A DNA stretch of 64,000 bases from assembly GCA_044358905.1 (NCBI GenBank), contig JBIKND010000001.1:5476-69475 (forward strand). The letters are read 5' to 3'. The DNA comes from Pirellulales bacterium. GTDB lineage: Bacteria > Planctomycetota > Planctomycetia > Pirellulales > UBA1268. A program made the translations under genes and the position numbers. Of the stretch, positions 13,460 to 23,493 are shown piece after piece; the stretch's first letter is position 1, and every line of letters starts with the position of its first letter. A model generated the notes under the pieces. It searched no databases and was not told the DNA's origin. It saw nothing but the letters and a program-made list of their open reading frames with translations.

Positions 13460-14771
13460 GGATGTCGACCTCCGCGCCACGGGTGATGCCGCCCTTGGTC
13501 CAGTCGACCGACCAGCCGGGGAAGGCGATCTGGGGATAGGGGTCCGAATCGATCGGCCCGGCCGACTCGTACACGATGTCGAACTGGCGGTCGCCGCGGA
13601 TCCGGCCGATGCGGCAGGATTTCGTGGTGTGCTGCGTCTTGGGATCGAGCCGCACCGTGCCGCCGGGGCCGGCGAACTCCAGGCCGTCGCGAAACGCCTG
13701 CCGCACCGCCTCGGTCTCGAACGACCCGGCCTTCTCGACGGCTTGCTTCCAAAGGTGCAGGAGGCACCAGTCGGGCTCCATCGGGTCGCCGGTGACGCGG
13801 TCGTAGCCGAAGGAGTCACGGAAGTCCTGCACCCAGGCCTTGTTGGCCGGCGTGTCGAGGCTCTGAAAATAGCAGGAGACGGCAAGGTGGCCCATCACCT
13901 CGGCGGGCAGCAGCCCGCGCAACTCGTCCTCGGCGATGCTCGTGGATATCACCGGCACTTTGGCGGGATCGACCTTCGCCGCCGCGAGGGCGGCGAACAG
14001 GCCGAGGTTCGAATCGCCGTTGACGGTGTTGAGCACGCAGTCGGCACCGCTCGCCTGGATCTTCTTCACGATTTCCGCGAACCCACGATCGCCGAGTGGC
14101 ACATACACCTCGCCGACGGGCTTGAGGCCCTTGGCCGCGAGGTATTTCTTGGCGATGAAGTTGGCCGTCCGTGGAAAGACATAGTCGGAGCCGACGAGGA
14201 AGATCTTCTTCTTCTCGCCCCCTTCCTTGCCCAGCAGCCAGTCGAGGGCCGGCAGGATCTGCTGGTTGGGCACCATGCCGCCGTAGACGCAGTACCGCGA
14301 CGACTCGTTGCCCTCGTACTGCACCGAATACAAGAGGAGCTTCTGCGCCGCCTCGAACAGCGGCAGCACGGCCTTGCGGCTGGCGCTGGTCCAGCAGCCG
14401 AAGACGGCGACCGGGTCGGCCTCGAGCAGTTGCCGGGCCCGCCGCACGAACAGGTCGGTCCGCGACCGCGGGTCGGGCGCCCGGGCGACGACCTTGCGGC
14501 CGAGGATGCCGCCGGCGGCGTTGATCCGTTCCAGGGCGTGCAGTTCGATGTCGCGCAGCGACGTGGCGCTGATCCCCAGCGGGCCGGTCTGCGAGTGGAG
14601 CAAACCGAGCATCACCTCGGGCTGCCGCGGCGGAATGCCCAGCGAACATCCGACGAACATCCCCGGTGCCAGCGCCCGCGCGGCGGCGAGCGTGGCGGCC
14701 GTGCCCCGGCCCAGCGCGCTGCGGCGGCTGATCCGGGCCGGCGTTGGCGGCGGTTCCGGGCGGGGCGTCAT
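13446..14771 (-). CDS. Periplasmic solute-binding protein of the AmiC/UrtA (urea or short-chain amide/branched-chain amino acid) type, with a Tat-like signal
   Basis: Lies inside ORF 13446..15629. I trimmed it to MTPRPEPPPTPARISRRSALGRGTAATLAAA (ATG at 14771, ATGA overlap with the stop at 14768). The family-typical sequence is VGLLHSQTGPLGISATSLRD...LFGCWTSASRKAVLP...YSVQYEG. Confidence 0.8.
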   Translation of the reverse strand: MTPRPEPPPTPARISRRSALGRGTAATLAAARALAPGMFVGCSLGIPPRQPEVMLGLLHSQTGPLGISATSLRDIELHALERINAAGGILGRKVVARAPDPRSRTDLFVRRARQLLEADPVAVFGCWTSASRKAVLPLFEAAQKLLLYSVQYEGNESSRYCVYGGMVPNQQILPALDWLLGKEGGEKKKIFLVGSDYVFPRTANFIAKKYLAAKGLKPVGEVYVPLGDRGFAEIVKKIQASGADCVLNTVNGDSNLGLFAALAAAKVDPAKVPVISTSIAEDELRGLLPAEVMGHLAVSCYFQSLDTPANKAWVQDFRDSFGYDRVTGDPMEPDWCLLHLWKQAVEKAGSFETEAVRQAFRDGLEFAGPGGTVRLDPKTQHTTKSCRIGRIRGDRQFDIVYESAGPIDSDPYPQIAFPGWSVDWTKGGITRGAEVDIHGAV

Positions 14772-15571
14772 TCCTCGTTCATCCGTCTGTAGAGGGTCTC
14801 GAACGGCTCCGCGGAGACGCTCACGTCGCCCCGGAACGGCTGGTTCATGTCGAAGATCAGGTGCATCATCGTGCCCAGGTAGGCGGCGAGGATGCCCCCC
14901 AGCACCAGTTGGGTGATGAACCGCATGTCGAACAGCCAGCAGATCGCGATGTTGAGCACCGCGCCCAAGAGCATCACGTACCACATCGAGTTGGGCAGTG
15001 AGGCGTGCACCGAGAACAGCCGCATCCGGCGGCACTCCAGGAAGTTGTTGAACTGCCGCAGCGCCTCGGCGTGGACGATCTCCTCGGCCGGCGTCCGCGG
15101 CTGGAAATCGAGCAGCTTCTCGTGGAAGGCCTGGGCCCGGATCGTGCCCTCTTCCGGCGTGATGCCCTGCTGCTGCAGCGGCCAGGCGTAGTTGATGACG
15201 TACCGGGTGTAGTCGCGCAGCAGCCAGCGGAGGTTCTGCCCGTGGGGCTCCGGATACCGCGAGACGTCCTCGTAGAGTGCCGAGAGCGCGGCCGCCTCGC
15301 GGGTCACGTTCTCGCCGGCGTCGGAGACGTTCTGATAGGCCGTGACGGCGATCAGGCCGAGGAGCAGGCCGTAGAACACGCAGAAGCAGGAGAGGATGTA
15401 GCCGACGATGTCGTTCTGCCCCGGCGTGTTCCGAATGAACTGCCGGAGAATGGGCCGCACGAGGATCGAGCCGATCCAATAGAAGCCCACGAACGTCGCG
15501 ATGAAGACCAGCGACGCCTTCCAGGCCGGCAGGTCGTAGAGCCAGTAGAAGTCTTCGGTCGTGGGCAGCAT
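14768..15571 (-). CDS. DUF4239 / bestrophin-like membrane protein
   Basis: Lies inside ORF 14768..16159. I trimmed it to MLPTTEDFYWLYDLPAWKASLVFIATFVGFYWIG (ATG at 15571). It is 267 aa with two N-terminal and two C-terminal TM helices, the layout typical of DUF4239. Confidence 0.75.
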   Translation of the reverse strand: MLPTTEDFYWLYDLPAWKASLVFIATFVGFYWIGSILVRPILRQFIRNTPGQNDIVGYILSCFCVFYGLLLGLIAVTAYQNVSDAGENVTREAAALSALYEDVSRYPEPHGQNLRWLLRDYTRYVINYAWPLQQQGITPEEGTIRAQAFHEKLLDFQPRTPAEEIVHAEALRQFNNFLECRRMRLFSVHASLPNSMWYVMLLGAVLNIAICWLFDMRFITQLVLGGILAAYLGTMMHLIFDMNQPFRGDVSVSAEPFETLYRRMNEE

Positions 15572-15662
15572 CGCCGGTCCGTCGGAGAGGGAAACGCGGC
15601 GACCGCAGCCGCCCGAACGATCGTACCAACGGCCTGCCGGAACTGCATCCGGCGCGCGGAAA

Positions 15663-16232
15663 CTACTCCACGGCGTCGCCGTCGAGGGCGTAGATCGCGA
15701 GGTGCTTGCCGTCGGGCCCCCGCAATTCCTCGACGCGGAACGTGCCGGCGACGGCCACCGGGCGGATCGAAAAGTTCGCGGTCCGGCCCGGCCGCATCCG
15801 CACCACCACGCAGTCGTGCAAGGCGGCACCGGGGCCGAAGCAGCATTCCTGGTTGTCGCGCACGAGCACGAACTGCGTGAGCCCCGTCTGCTGAAAGCTG
15901 GGGAGGATGTAGCCGCGGATCCGCACGGCGTGCCGCTCCAGGGCCGTGACCCGCGCGGGCAGCAGGTCGCGGGTGAAGGGATCACCCTTCTGCATGTCGA
16001 GCTTGATGTCGTCGAACGTGATCTCCCGCGGCCTGCCGGTGGCCGGCGGCGGGACGCTCGGCGCGGCGGCACCTGTGGAGCCATCGGCCACGGCCGCGGG
16101 CGGCGCAACGACCGGACGGGCCGGCGCCTCGCCGCACCCGCCGCAGACGAGCACGGCAAGGCAGGCCAGCGCGACGCTCGCAGCCAGTGGGAGCAGGGAG
16201 GGCGTTTGCCACGGACGGCGCGGGGCTCGCAT
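15663..16232 (-). CDS. DUF3299-like lipoprotein (CCFG variant)
   Basis: 189 aa. The signal and lipobox-like region is LACLAVLVCGGCG. The DUF3299-like core is EITFDDIKLDM...AVRIRGYILPSFQQTGLTQFVLVRDNQECCFGPG. Confidence 0.75.
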   Translation of the reverse strand: MRAPRRPWQTPSLLPLAASVALACLAVLVCGGCGEAPARPVVAPPAAVADGSTGAAAPSVPPPATGRPREITFDDIKLDMQKGDPFTRDLLPARVTALERHAVRIRGYILPSFQQTGLTQFVLVRDNQECCFGPGAALHDCVVVRMRPGRTANFSIRPVAVAGTFRVEELRGPDGKHLAIYALDGDAVE

Positions 16233-16250
16233 GCTGCGTTCTGCCGGCCG

Positions 16251-16976
16251 CTACCGCAGCCGGGCGTCCTCGAGGTGGTAGACCACGCCGCCGCCGATCT
16301 CCGGCGCGCCCGCTGGTCGGACGTGAAACCGCCCGGCGATCTTCACCAAGCGGGGCGTGAAGTCGATGCCGACGGTCTCGGCCAGTTGCACGAGCACGCG
16401 GTCGGTGATCTTCGGATTGCCGCCGAAGCAGCAGTCGCCCTGATCGCGGACGAGCAGGAACTGCCGAATGCCATGCGTCTGCTTGCCCGGGTACATGAAG
16501 CCTTTGAGCAGCACGTCGCGGCCGTCGGCGGCCCGCGCCGTGTCGGGCACGGCGTCGGCCGGATCGCCGGGCAGCGGCTGGAGCTCCGCGTAGGAAAGCC
16601 GCGCGAAGCCCTCCGGCAGTTCAGCCGCGTACACCATGGCGAGCCGCGAGAGGCCGCCCACGAGCGCGACGGCGGACACGAGGATCGCGGCGATGGCCAG
16701 TGGCCTCCCGGTCAGGGCCTCGGGCCGCCGCGCGATGTCGCGGAGGGCCACCGAGCCGAGCACCGTGCCGAGGATCGGCACCACGGCCAACCACCAATCG
16801 ACGAACGCCAGCGGCCCGAGCAGGGCGAGGGCCGCGGCGGCGATCGCCACGCCCGACAGCGCCCGGTAGTCTTCGGCGGCGCCGGCCCCGGTATCCCGGA
16901 CGACGACGGATGGGGGAGAGTCGAAAAGACCGGTAGCCATGGGGGCGCTCGCGCGGACGGCGGGTGACGGCGTCAC
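16251..16976 (-). CDS. Membrane-anchored DUF3299-like protein (CCFG variant)
   Basis: 241 aa. The N-terminal TM helices are GVAIAAAALALLGPLAFV, WLAVVPILGTVLGSVAL and LAIAAILVSAVALVGGL. The C-terminal core is DVLLKGFMYPGKQTHGIRQFLLVRDQGDCCFGGN. The start is 9 nt after the upstream stop. Confidence 0.75.
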   Translation of the reverse strand: MTPSPAVRASAPMATGLFDSPPSVVVRDTGAGAAEDYRALSGVAIAAAALALLGPLAFVDWWLAVVPILGTVLGSVALRDIARRPEALTGRPLAIAAILVSAVALVGGLSRLAMVYAAELPEGFARLSYAELQPLPGDPADAVPDTARAADGRDVLLKGFMYPGKQTHGIRQFLLVRDQGDCCFGGNPKITDRVLVQLAETVGIDFTPRLVKIAGRFHVRPAGAPEIGGGVVYHLEDARLR

Positions 16977-16985
16977 GCCACCATG

Positions 16986-18500
16986 TTACGGCACCGGACG
17001 GCCGGCGCTACTCGGCCGCAGCAGGGCCCGAGAAACCAGGGCGATCACGGCCACGGCGGCCGCCCACAGCAGCCATTTCCAGCGGGTGGCCGGCGGGGCC
17101 GAGGCGGCCGGCACCGTCTGCTCGACAGGGGCGGCAGTCGCGGCCGTCCCCTCCTCGGCGCCGATCACGGGGGCGACTCGTCCGACCAGTTCCTTGTCGT
17201 CCACGGTCTCCGCGCCGGTCGGCGGGGCGATGGCCGGCGGCGCGCCCGATCCGGGATCATCCTCGGCGGAGGCTGCCGGAGCCGCGGCGATCGCACCGGC
17301 GAGGCCGGCGAGCGTGGCAGCGCGGCGGCACGCCTGGGGGTCGATCTGCTCCAACTCCTTGACCGCCGCGGCCGCCTCGGGCAGCGGACAGGCGCGGAGG
17401 TAGTTCACGATCGGCTCGCGGACGAAGATGTTGTCGGCCTGGGCGTCCTTGAAGATTTGCGAGAGCTTGTCCACCACCGACCAGTCCTGCCACCGCGCCA
17501 GGTCGGCGATCACGAGGTCGGCGAGTTTCGGCTCCTCGAGCAGCAGCCGCAGCGACTGGAGCACGCGGTCGCGCGGCACGAGGTCCGATTCCTCCCCCAG
17601 AAACCGCAGCGCCATGACGGCGGCATAGGTTTCGGCGAAGGGCACGTCGCGTCCTTCGCGCTCGAGGAACAGCCGGTCGACGAGATCGAGGGCCTCGGGC
17701 CCGCGCAGGGCGACGTAACAGGCGATGAGGGCGTCGAGCCCGCCGCGAATCTCGGCCTGCTCCGGCGGCAGCGGCTCGCCGGAAGCGGTCTTGCCTTCGA
17801 GGATCGCGCCGATCCGATCGGCGTCGGCCGCTGTGCCGCAGACGCCGAGCATCGTCGCGTACAGCCGACGACGGTTGGCCTGGACCTTCGGGTTCTCGAT
17901 CCAACCGAGAAGCTTCGCGGGATTCATCCGGTCCTTGAGCCCGCGGACGTCGGCATACGGGGCGACGGCGAACTCGTCGTAGGCGTCGCGGGCCAGCGAC
18001 TCGTCCTCGTCCTCGAGATGCTGTTCGAAGAACGCCAGCCGATCGGGCCCCTTCTCGGGGAGGTCGCCGAGTTTCTTGATGTAGGCGACGGCCCGCTTGC
18101 CGACCCGGATCGGGCTCGACCAGACGAGGTTCGGCGGCTCCACGCCCATGAGGAGAAACAGCGTGCCGACCGGTTTCTCCTCGAGCATGATCGTCTCGAT
18201 CGGCGCGGCGTCGGCGCCCAGCAGGCCCGCGTCGGCGACGAGGTCGGAGCCCTTGAGCACCTCGACGACCTCGAACTTCCCCTTGGGCAGCGGGCCCTCG
18301 GCCCGCGGCGACAGGGCCGCGGCGGGGGGCGGTTCGACGAGCCGGGCGATGACGGCCGCCTGGCTCTGGGCGATCTCCTGGGCGAACGTCAGCGACACCG
18401 CCGAGCAGAACGGGCAGGCCGCAGCCCGTGCCGCCAGACCGGCCATGGCCACGACGCTCACGAGCAGGGAAGCCGGAAAGGTGCCGCGCATGGTCGCCAT
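16986..18500 (-). CDS. Secreted CPFC-motif helical-repeat (HEAT-like) protein, paralog 1, with a C-terminal TM anchor
   Basis: From ORF 16986..18521. The likely start is MATMRGTFPASLLVSVVAMAGLAARAAA|CPFC (ATG at 18500, 8 nt after the permease stop). The alternative ATG at 18521 would overlap the permease by 13 nt. The C-terminal anchor is WKWLLWAAAVAVIALV. Confidence 0.75.
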   Translation of the reverse strand: MATMRGTFPASLLVSVVAMAGLAARAAACPFCSAVSLTFAQEIAQSQAAVIARLVEPPPAAALSPRAEGPLPKGKFEVVEVLKGSDLVADAGLLGADAAPIETIMLEEKPVGTLFLLMGVEPPNLVWSSPIRVGKRAVAYIKKLGDLPEKGPDRLAFFEQHLEDEDESLARDAYDEFAVAPYADVRGLKDRMNPAKLLGWIENPKVQANRRRLYATMLGVCGTAADADRIGAILEGKTASGEPLPPEQAEIRGGLDALIACYVALRGPEALDLVDRLFLEREGRDVPFAETYAAVMALRFLGEESDLVPRDRVLQSLRLLLEEPKLADLVIADLARWQDWSVVDKLSQIFKDAQADNIFVREPIVNYLRACPLPEAAAAVKELEQIDPQACRRAATLAGLAGAIAAAPAASAEDDPGSGAPPAIAPPTGAETVDDKELVGRVAPVIGAEEGTAATAAPVEQTVPAASAPPATRWKWLLWAAAVAVIALVSRALLRPSSAGRPVP

Positions 18501-18508
18501 TCTAGCGG

Positions 18509-19816
18509 TCACCCCAGCCACTTCGCGACGTCAGTTCGATACGCCGCCAGGGCCGGCAGCAGGGCGGCGGCGATCGCCAGCAGGATGAGAAACGGCACGA
18601 GCAGGAGTTCGGCCAGGGGCGCCGCCGAGAGGAGGCTCACCGGCACACCGGTGTTGGCCGTGATCCAGGGCCCGAGCGCCGCCACGATCCCGTGGCCGAG
18701 CGCCCAGCCCACGAGCCCGCCACCCACGGCGAGCAGGATCGCCTCGAGCAGCACCGTGACGAGCACGTGCGTCCGCCGCGCGCCCAACGCCCGCATCACG
18801 GCCACGTCACGGCTCCGCTCGAGCGCCGAGCCGACCATGCTGACGAGAATCCCGATCGCCGACACGAGCACGACGAGCGCCGTCACGAGCAAGAGCACCA
18901 GTTCCAGCGGTCGCACGAAGAGGTCGAAGAGTTCGCGGATCGCCCGCACGGGCATCGCCGCCTGGGCGTCGCGGCCCTCGTTGAGCGTCTGATGGAGCCC
19001 CATCGCCATCAACTCCGGCGGCATGCCGGCGGGCGACGCCGTCTCGACGAGGATCGCGGTCACCTCGCGCTGCGCGGCGGGCAGGGGCGCGGGCGTGCCC
19101 GCCACGGCGGCGGACGGCACCGGCGTCTCCGCCCCCTCGACGGGCTTCGCATGCCCCTCCTGGAGATAAAAGCCCTCCATGTTGACGTACACGCCACGGT
19201 CCACGGGCGTGCCGGTGCGGGCGAGGATCCCCGCGATGGTGAAGGGGTCGTGCACGGGGCCGTCGTCGGCGGCGTGCGTCGGCGCGAACGTGTCGCCCAC
19301 CTTCAGGCCCAGGGTTTCGGCGACACTCGCCCCCAAGACACCCTCGAAGAAGGCGTCGTCGTGGAGGTTGCGGCCGGCCGCGAAACGAAAGGCCCCGCCG
19401 GCCGGGGCGAGGCGGTCGAAGTAGTCGGCGTTCGTGCCCACGACGCGGAAGCCCCGGAAATAATCCCCCATGCAGATCGGCACCGCCGTGGCGACGCTGC
19501 CCGCGAAGCGGCCGTCCGTGCCGTCGGCCCGCCGCGCCGCCGGAAGGAAGTCCTGGTAGGTGCTCCAGGAGATGTTCTCGATCGGCTTGCTGATCAGATA
19601 GACGCTGTTGAGCACCAGCTGGAGCGGGCTCCCCTTGGCCCCCACGATCATGTTGTAGCCGAGCCCCGCGCCGCTCTCGAAGGCCTGCTTCACGATCCCG
19701 CCGGTGACGAGCGTGGCGACGACGAGCGCCACGCCGAGGGCCAACGACAGGGCCGTGAGCCCGCTCGTGAACAGCCGCTGCCGGATATTGCGCCAGGCGA
19801 TGCCGAACAGCGTCAT
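18509..19816 (-). CDS. ABC transporter permease, FtsX/MacB/LolCE type
   Basis: 435 aa. The N-terminus MTLFGIAWRNIRQRLFTSGLTALSLALGVALV is typical. There is a large periplasmic loop, and the C-terminal FtsX domain includes RDVAVMRALGARRTHVLVTVLLEA. Confidence 0.9.
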   Translation of the reverse strand: MTLFGIAWRNIRQRLFTSGLTALSLALGVALVVATLVTGGIVKQAFESGAGLGYNMIVGAKGSPLQLVLNSVYLISKPIENISWSTYQDFLPAARRADGTDGRFAGSVATAVPICMGDYFRGFRVVGTNADYFDRLAPAGGAFRFAAGRNLHDDAFFEGVLGASVAETLGLKVGDTFAPTHAADDGPVHDPFTIAGILARTGTPVDRGVYVNMEGFYLQEGHAKPVEGAETPVPSAAVAGTPAPLPAAQREVTAILVETASPAGMPPELMAMGLHQTLNEGRDAQAAMPVRAIRELFDLFVRPLELVLLLVTALVVLVSAIGILVSMVGSALERSRDVAVMRALGARRTHVLVTVLLEAILLAVGGGLVGWALGHGIVAALGPWITANTGVPVSLLSAAPLAELLLVPFLILLAIAAALLPALAAYRTDVAKWLG

Positions 19817-19979
19817 GCCCGCACCGCCGCAAGCGAGGGAGGCACGGGGATCGGCGTGAGGATGCGGAGCGTGGCGGACCTTCGCCAGCGACGCAACTCA
19901 TGCCGTCCCCGGGCCGGCTGGGGCCGAACAACAACGGATCGCCGGTACCGGTGGCCATTGGCTGGCGCTGCAACACGCG

Positions 19980-20663
19980 TCATGTCCGCACCGCCGCCCG
20001 GTTGAAGTCCTCGAGCCGCAGCCGCCGCGGAAACTGCGCCGCCACGGCCGGATCGTGCGTCACCACGAGCAGGGCCGATCCCTGGTCGCGGCACGTGTCG
20101 CGGAGGAGGTCGATCACCTGCCGCTGCCGCGCGGTGTCGATGCTCGCCGTGGGCTCGTCGGCGAGCACGGCCAGCGGCCGATTGGCGAGCGCCCGGGCCA
20201 CGGCCACCCGCTGCTGCTGGCCCACCGAGAGCGCGGCCGGCTTGTGGTCGAGTCGGTCGGCGAGGCCCACGGCCGCGAGCAACTCGGCGGCCCGCCGGCG
20301 ATCGGCGCGGGCCGAGCCGAACGACATCGCCACGAGCACGTTCTCGAGCGCCGTGAATCCCGGCAGGAGGTTGAACTGCTGGAACACGAGGCCGATCTTG
20401 TCGGCCCGAATGCGGTCGCGACTCGCCTCGTCGAACCGCGTGATGTCGTGGCCGTCCACGGACACGGAGCCCGTGTCGGGCCGCATGATCCCGGAAACCA
20501 CGTTGAGGAGCGTCGACTTCCCCGCGCCGCTCTGCCCCTCCAGGGCGCACTGCTCGCCGGGCTCGAGCGCGAAATGGTCGATGTCCAGCACGCGCACGCG
20601 CTCGCCGGCGGGCGTGAGGAACGCCTTGCGGACGTCGCGCAGTTCGATGACGGCAGCGGCCAT
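19980..20663 (-). CDS. ABC transporter ATP-binding protein (LolD/MacB-like)
   Basis: Lies inside ORF 19980..20888. I trimmed it to MAAAVIELRDVRKAF (ATG at 20663). Walker A is GQSGAGKST, the signature motif is LSVGQQQRVAVARAL, and Walker B is LLADEPT. Confidence 0.9.
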   Translation of the reverse strand: MAAAVIELRDVRKAFLTPAGERVRVLDIDHFALEPGEQCALEGQSGAGKSTLLNVVSGIMRPDTGSVSVDGHDITRFDEASRDRIRADKIGLVFQQFNLLPGFTALENVLVAMSFGSARADRRRAAELLAAVGLADRLDHKPAALSVGQQQRVAVARALANRPLAVLADEPTASIDTARQRQVIDLLRDTCRDQGSALLVVTHDPAVAAQFPRRLRLEDFNRAAVRT

Positions 20664-20715
20664 GCGTCCAATGTACGGCACGCCGGGCAGGGGCTGGCAA
20701 ATCCCCCGGATTTGA

Positions 20716-21855
<1,140 letters not shown>

Positions 21856-21874
21856 GCGACACGCCCCCGCGGGG

Positions 21875-22828
21875 CTACCGCGTCCTGATCGTGGCGTCGG
21901 CCTCGAGCGGGTCGCCGCCCGGTGGCACGAGCCGCACCGTGACGCGGACATGATCGCCTGCCGGCGGCGCCGCCGGCCAGGGGAGCGTGAAGAGCAGCCC
22001 GCGGTCACGCGACGTGCGCCGAAACGCATTGGCCGCCTCCGCGGCGGGAACCCGCCACTGTGCCAGCGGGCCGGCCGCACCCGCCAGGTCGAAGACGGCG
22101 ACTTCCACGTCACCCGCCACCGGCACCAGCCGTTCCTCCGCGTCCCGCGGCTCGCACACGACCTTCAGCCCCTCGCTCATGCCGTCGCCGTCGCCGTCGA
22201 CACAGGCGGTGCGATCCGCGTTCACGATCAGGTGGGTCGCGGCTGCCGAAGAGGCGTCGAACGACATGCGGCGCACGTCACCGGCGGGCGCGAAGACACT
22301 CGCTGGGCGTGCGGCCGGATCGATCACCGCCGCAGCGGGCGGCAGCGCCAGCGGCTCGCCATCGGACACCGGCAGGGCGGGCGTCGGCTCCCGGGCCGAC
22401 GGCCCGTTGTCCGACCGCGTAGGCAGCGGCGGCACGCCGTCGAGCGCCGGCGGCGCCAGCGGGGCCGCGGGCGGCGCGGCCGATCGCGGCAGGTCGGGCA
22501 CCTCGATCGCCGGCGGCACGAGTCCGGGCGCGGCCGCAGCCGGCCGGGGCCGCGACGGATTGGCCCGCGGCGCGACGGCCGGATCGTTCTCGCCCACCCC
22601 CAACTGCCGGCGCAGGCTCGTGTTCTCACCCGCCACCCGCTCCAGCCGCGCGCACTTTTCCTGCAGCTCGTCCTGGAGTTGGTAGATCTGATCCTCCTGG
22701 TAGCGGAGTTCCCGCTCCAGAAGCTGCTGGTTCAGGTCGCTCTTGCAGCCGGCGAACGCGGCCACCGCGACCAGCACCCACATCGGCAGGCGGCCAACCG
22801 CCGCCATCTCGCGATCCGTACGTGTCAT
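21875..22828 (-). CDS. Hypothetical lipoprotein with an N-terminal coiled coil and a Pro/Ala-rich linker
   Basis: 317 aa. The signal and lipobox region is WVLVAVAAFAGC. A heptad-like stretch reads QQLLERELRYQEDQIYQLQDELQEKCARLERV. Confidence 0.6.
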   Translation of the reverse strand: MTRTDREMAAVGRLPMWVLVAVAAFAGCKSDLNQQLLERELRYQEDQIYQLQDELQEKCARLERVAGENTSLRRQLGVGENDPAVAPRANPSRPRPAAAAPGLVPPAIEVPDLPRSAAPPAAPLAPPALDGVPPLPTRSDNGPSAREPTPALPVSDGEPLALPPAAAVIDPAARPASVFAPAGDVRRMSFDASSAAATHLIVNADRTACVDGDGDGMSEGLKVVCEPRDAEERLVPVAGDVEVAVFDLAGAAGPLAQWRVPAAEAANAFRRTSRDRGLLFTLPWPAAPPAGDHVRVTVRLVPPGGDPLEADATIRTR

Positions 22829-22876
22829 GACGCGCCTCCTTGCGCCTCATCGGACGACCGCGGCCGCTTTGGCCGT

Positions 22877-23476
22877 TCAGCCGCTCTTCTGCGTCGGCAT
22901 CCTGTCGATCACCTCGTCGATCAGCCGGTAGTCGAGCGCCTCCTGCGCCGACATGAACCGGTCGCGATCCGTGTCCTGCTCGATCTTCTCCAGGGGATGG
23001 CCCGTGTGCTTGAGCAGGATGGCGTTGAGCTTCTGCTTGACGTTCTTGAACTCCTTGGCGTGGATCATGATCTCCTCCGCCGTGCCTTCCATGCCGGCGA
23101 GCGGCTGGTGGATCATGATCCGGGCGTTGGGCAGGGCCCGGCGCTTTCCCTTGGCACCCGCGGTGAGCAGCACCGCCCCCATCGAGGCGCACTGGCCGAT
23201 GCAGTAGGTGGCCACGTCACAGGTCACGAACTGCATCGTGTCGTAGATCGCCAGGCCCGCCGTCACGCTGCCGCCGGGGGAGTTGATGTACAGGTGGATG
23301 TCGGCCTTGGGGTCGTCCGACTGCAGGAACAGCAACTGGGCGACGATGGCGTTGGCCACCTCGTCGTTCACCTGGCTGCCAAGGAACACGATGCGGTCCT
23401 TGAGCAGGCGACTGTAGATGTCCATCGCCCGCTCTTCGCGGCCGCTCTTCTCGACGACGTAGGGAATCAAAGGCAT
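22877..23476 (-). CDS. clpP: ATP-dependent Clp protease proteolytic subunit
   Basis: 199 aa. Typical sequences [34 protein letters not shown] and MIHQPL are present. Confidence 0.95.
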   Translation of the reverse strand: MPLIPYVVEKSGREERAMDIYSRLLKDRIVFLGSQVNDEVANAIVAQLLFLQSDDPKADIHLYINSPGGSVTAGLAIYDTMQFVTCDVATYCIGQCASMGAVLLTAGAKGKRRALPNARIMIHQPLAGMEGTAEEIMIHAKEFKNVKQKLNAILLKHTGHPLEKIEQDTDRDRFMSAQEALDYRLIDEVIDRMPTQKSG

Positions 23477-23493
23477 GGCGGGCGTCCCGGGGT

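Noticed and set aside
12568-16159. Long N-terminal extensions of ORFs 11449..12804, 12788..13885, 13446..15629 and 14768..16159
   Set aside because: Each extension overlaps the preceding gene and is Arg/Pro-rich. In each case an internal Met gives a signal peptide or a family-typical N-terminus, together with an ATGA or short overlap.
19817-19979. The 163-nt gap between the ABC ATPase and permease genes, as a possible hidden gene or riboswitch
   Set aside because: There is no credible ORF. The only one, 18807..19976, is out of frame with the permease and Arg-rich. Only short generic palindromes such as CCGGTACCGG are present, and I see nothing resembling a known regulatory RNA.
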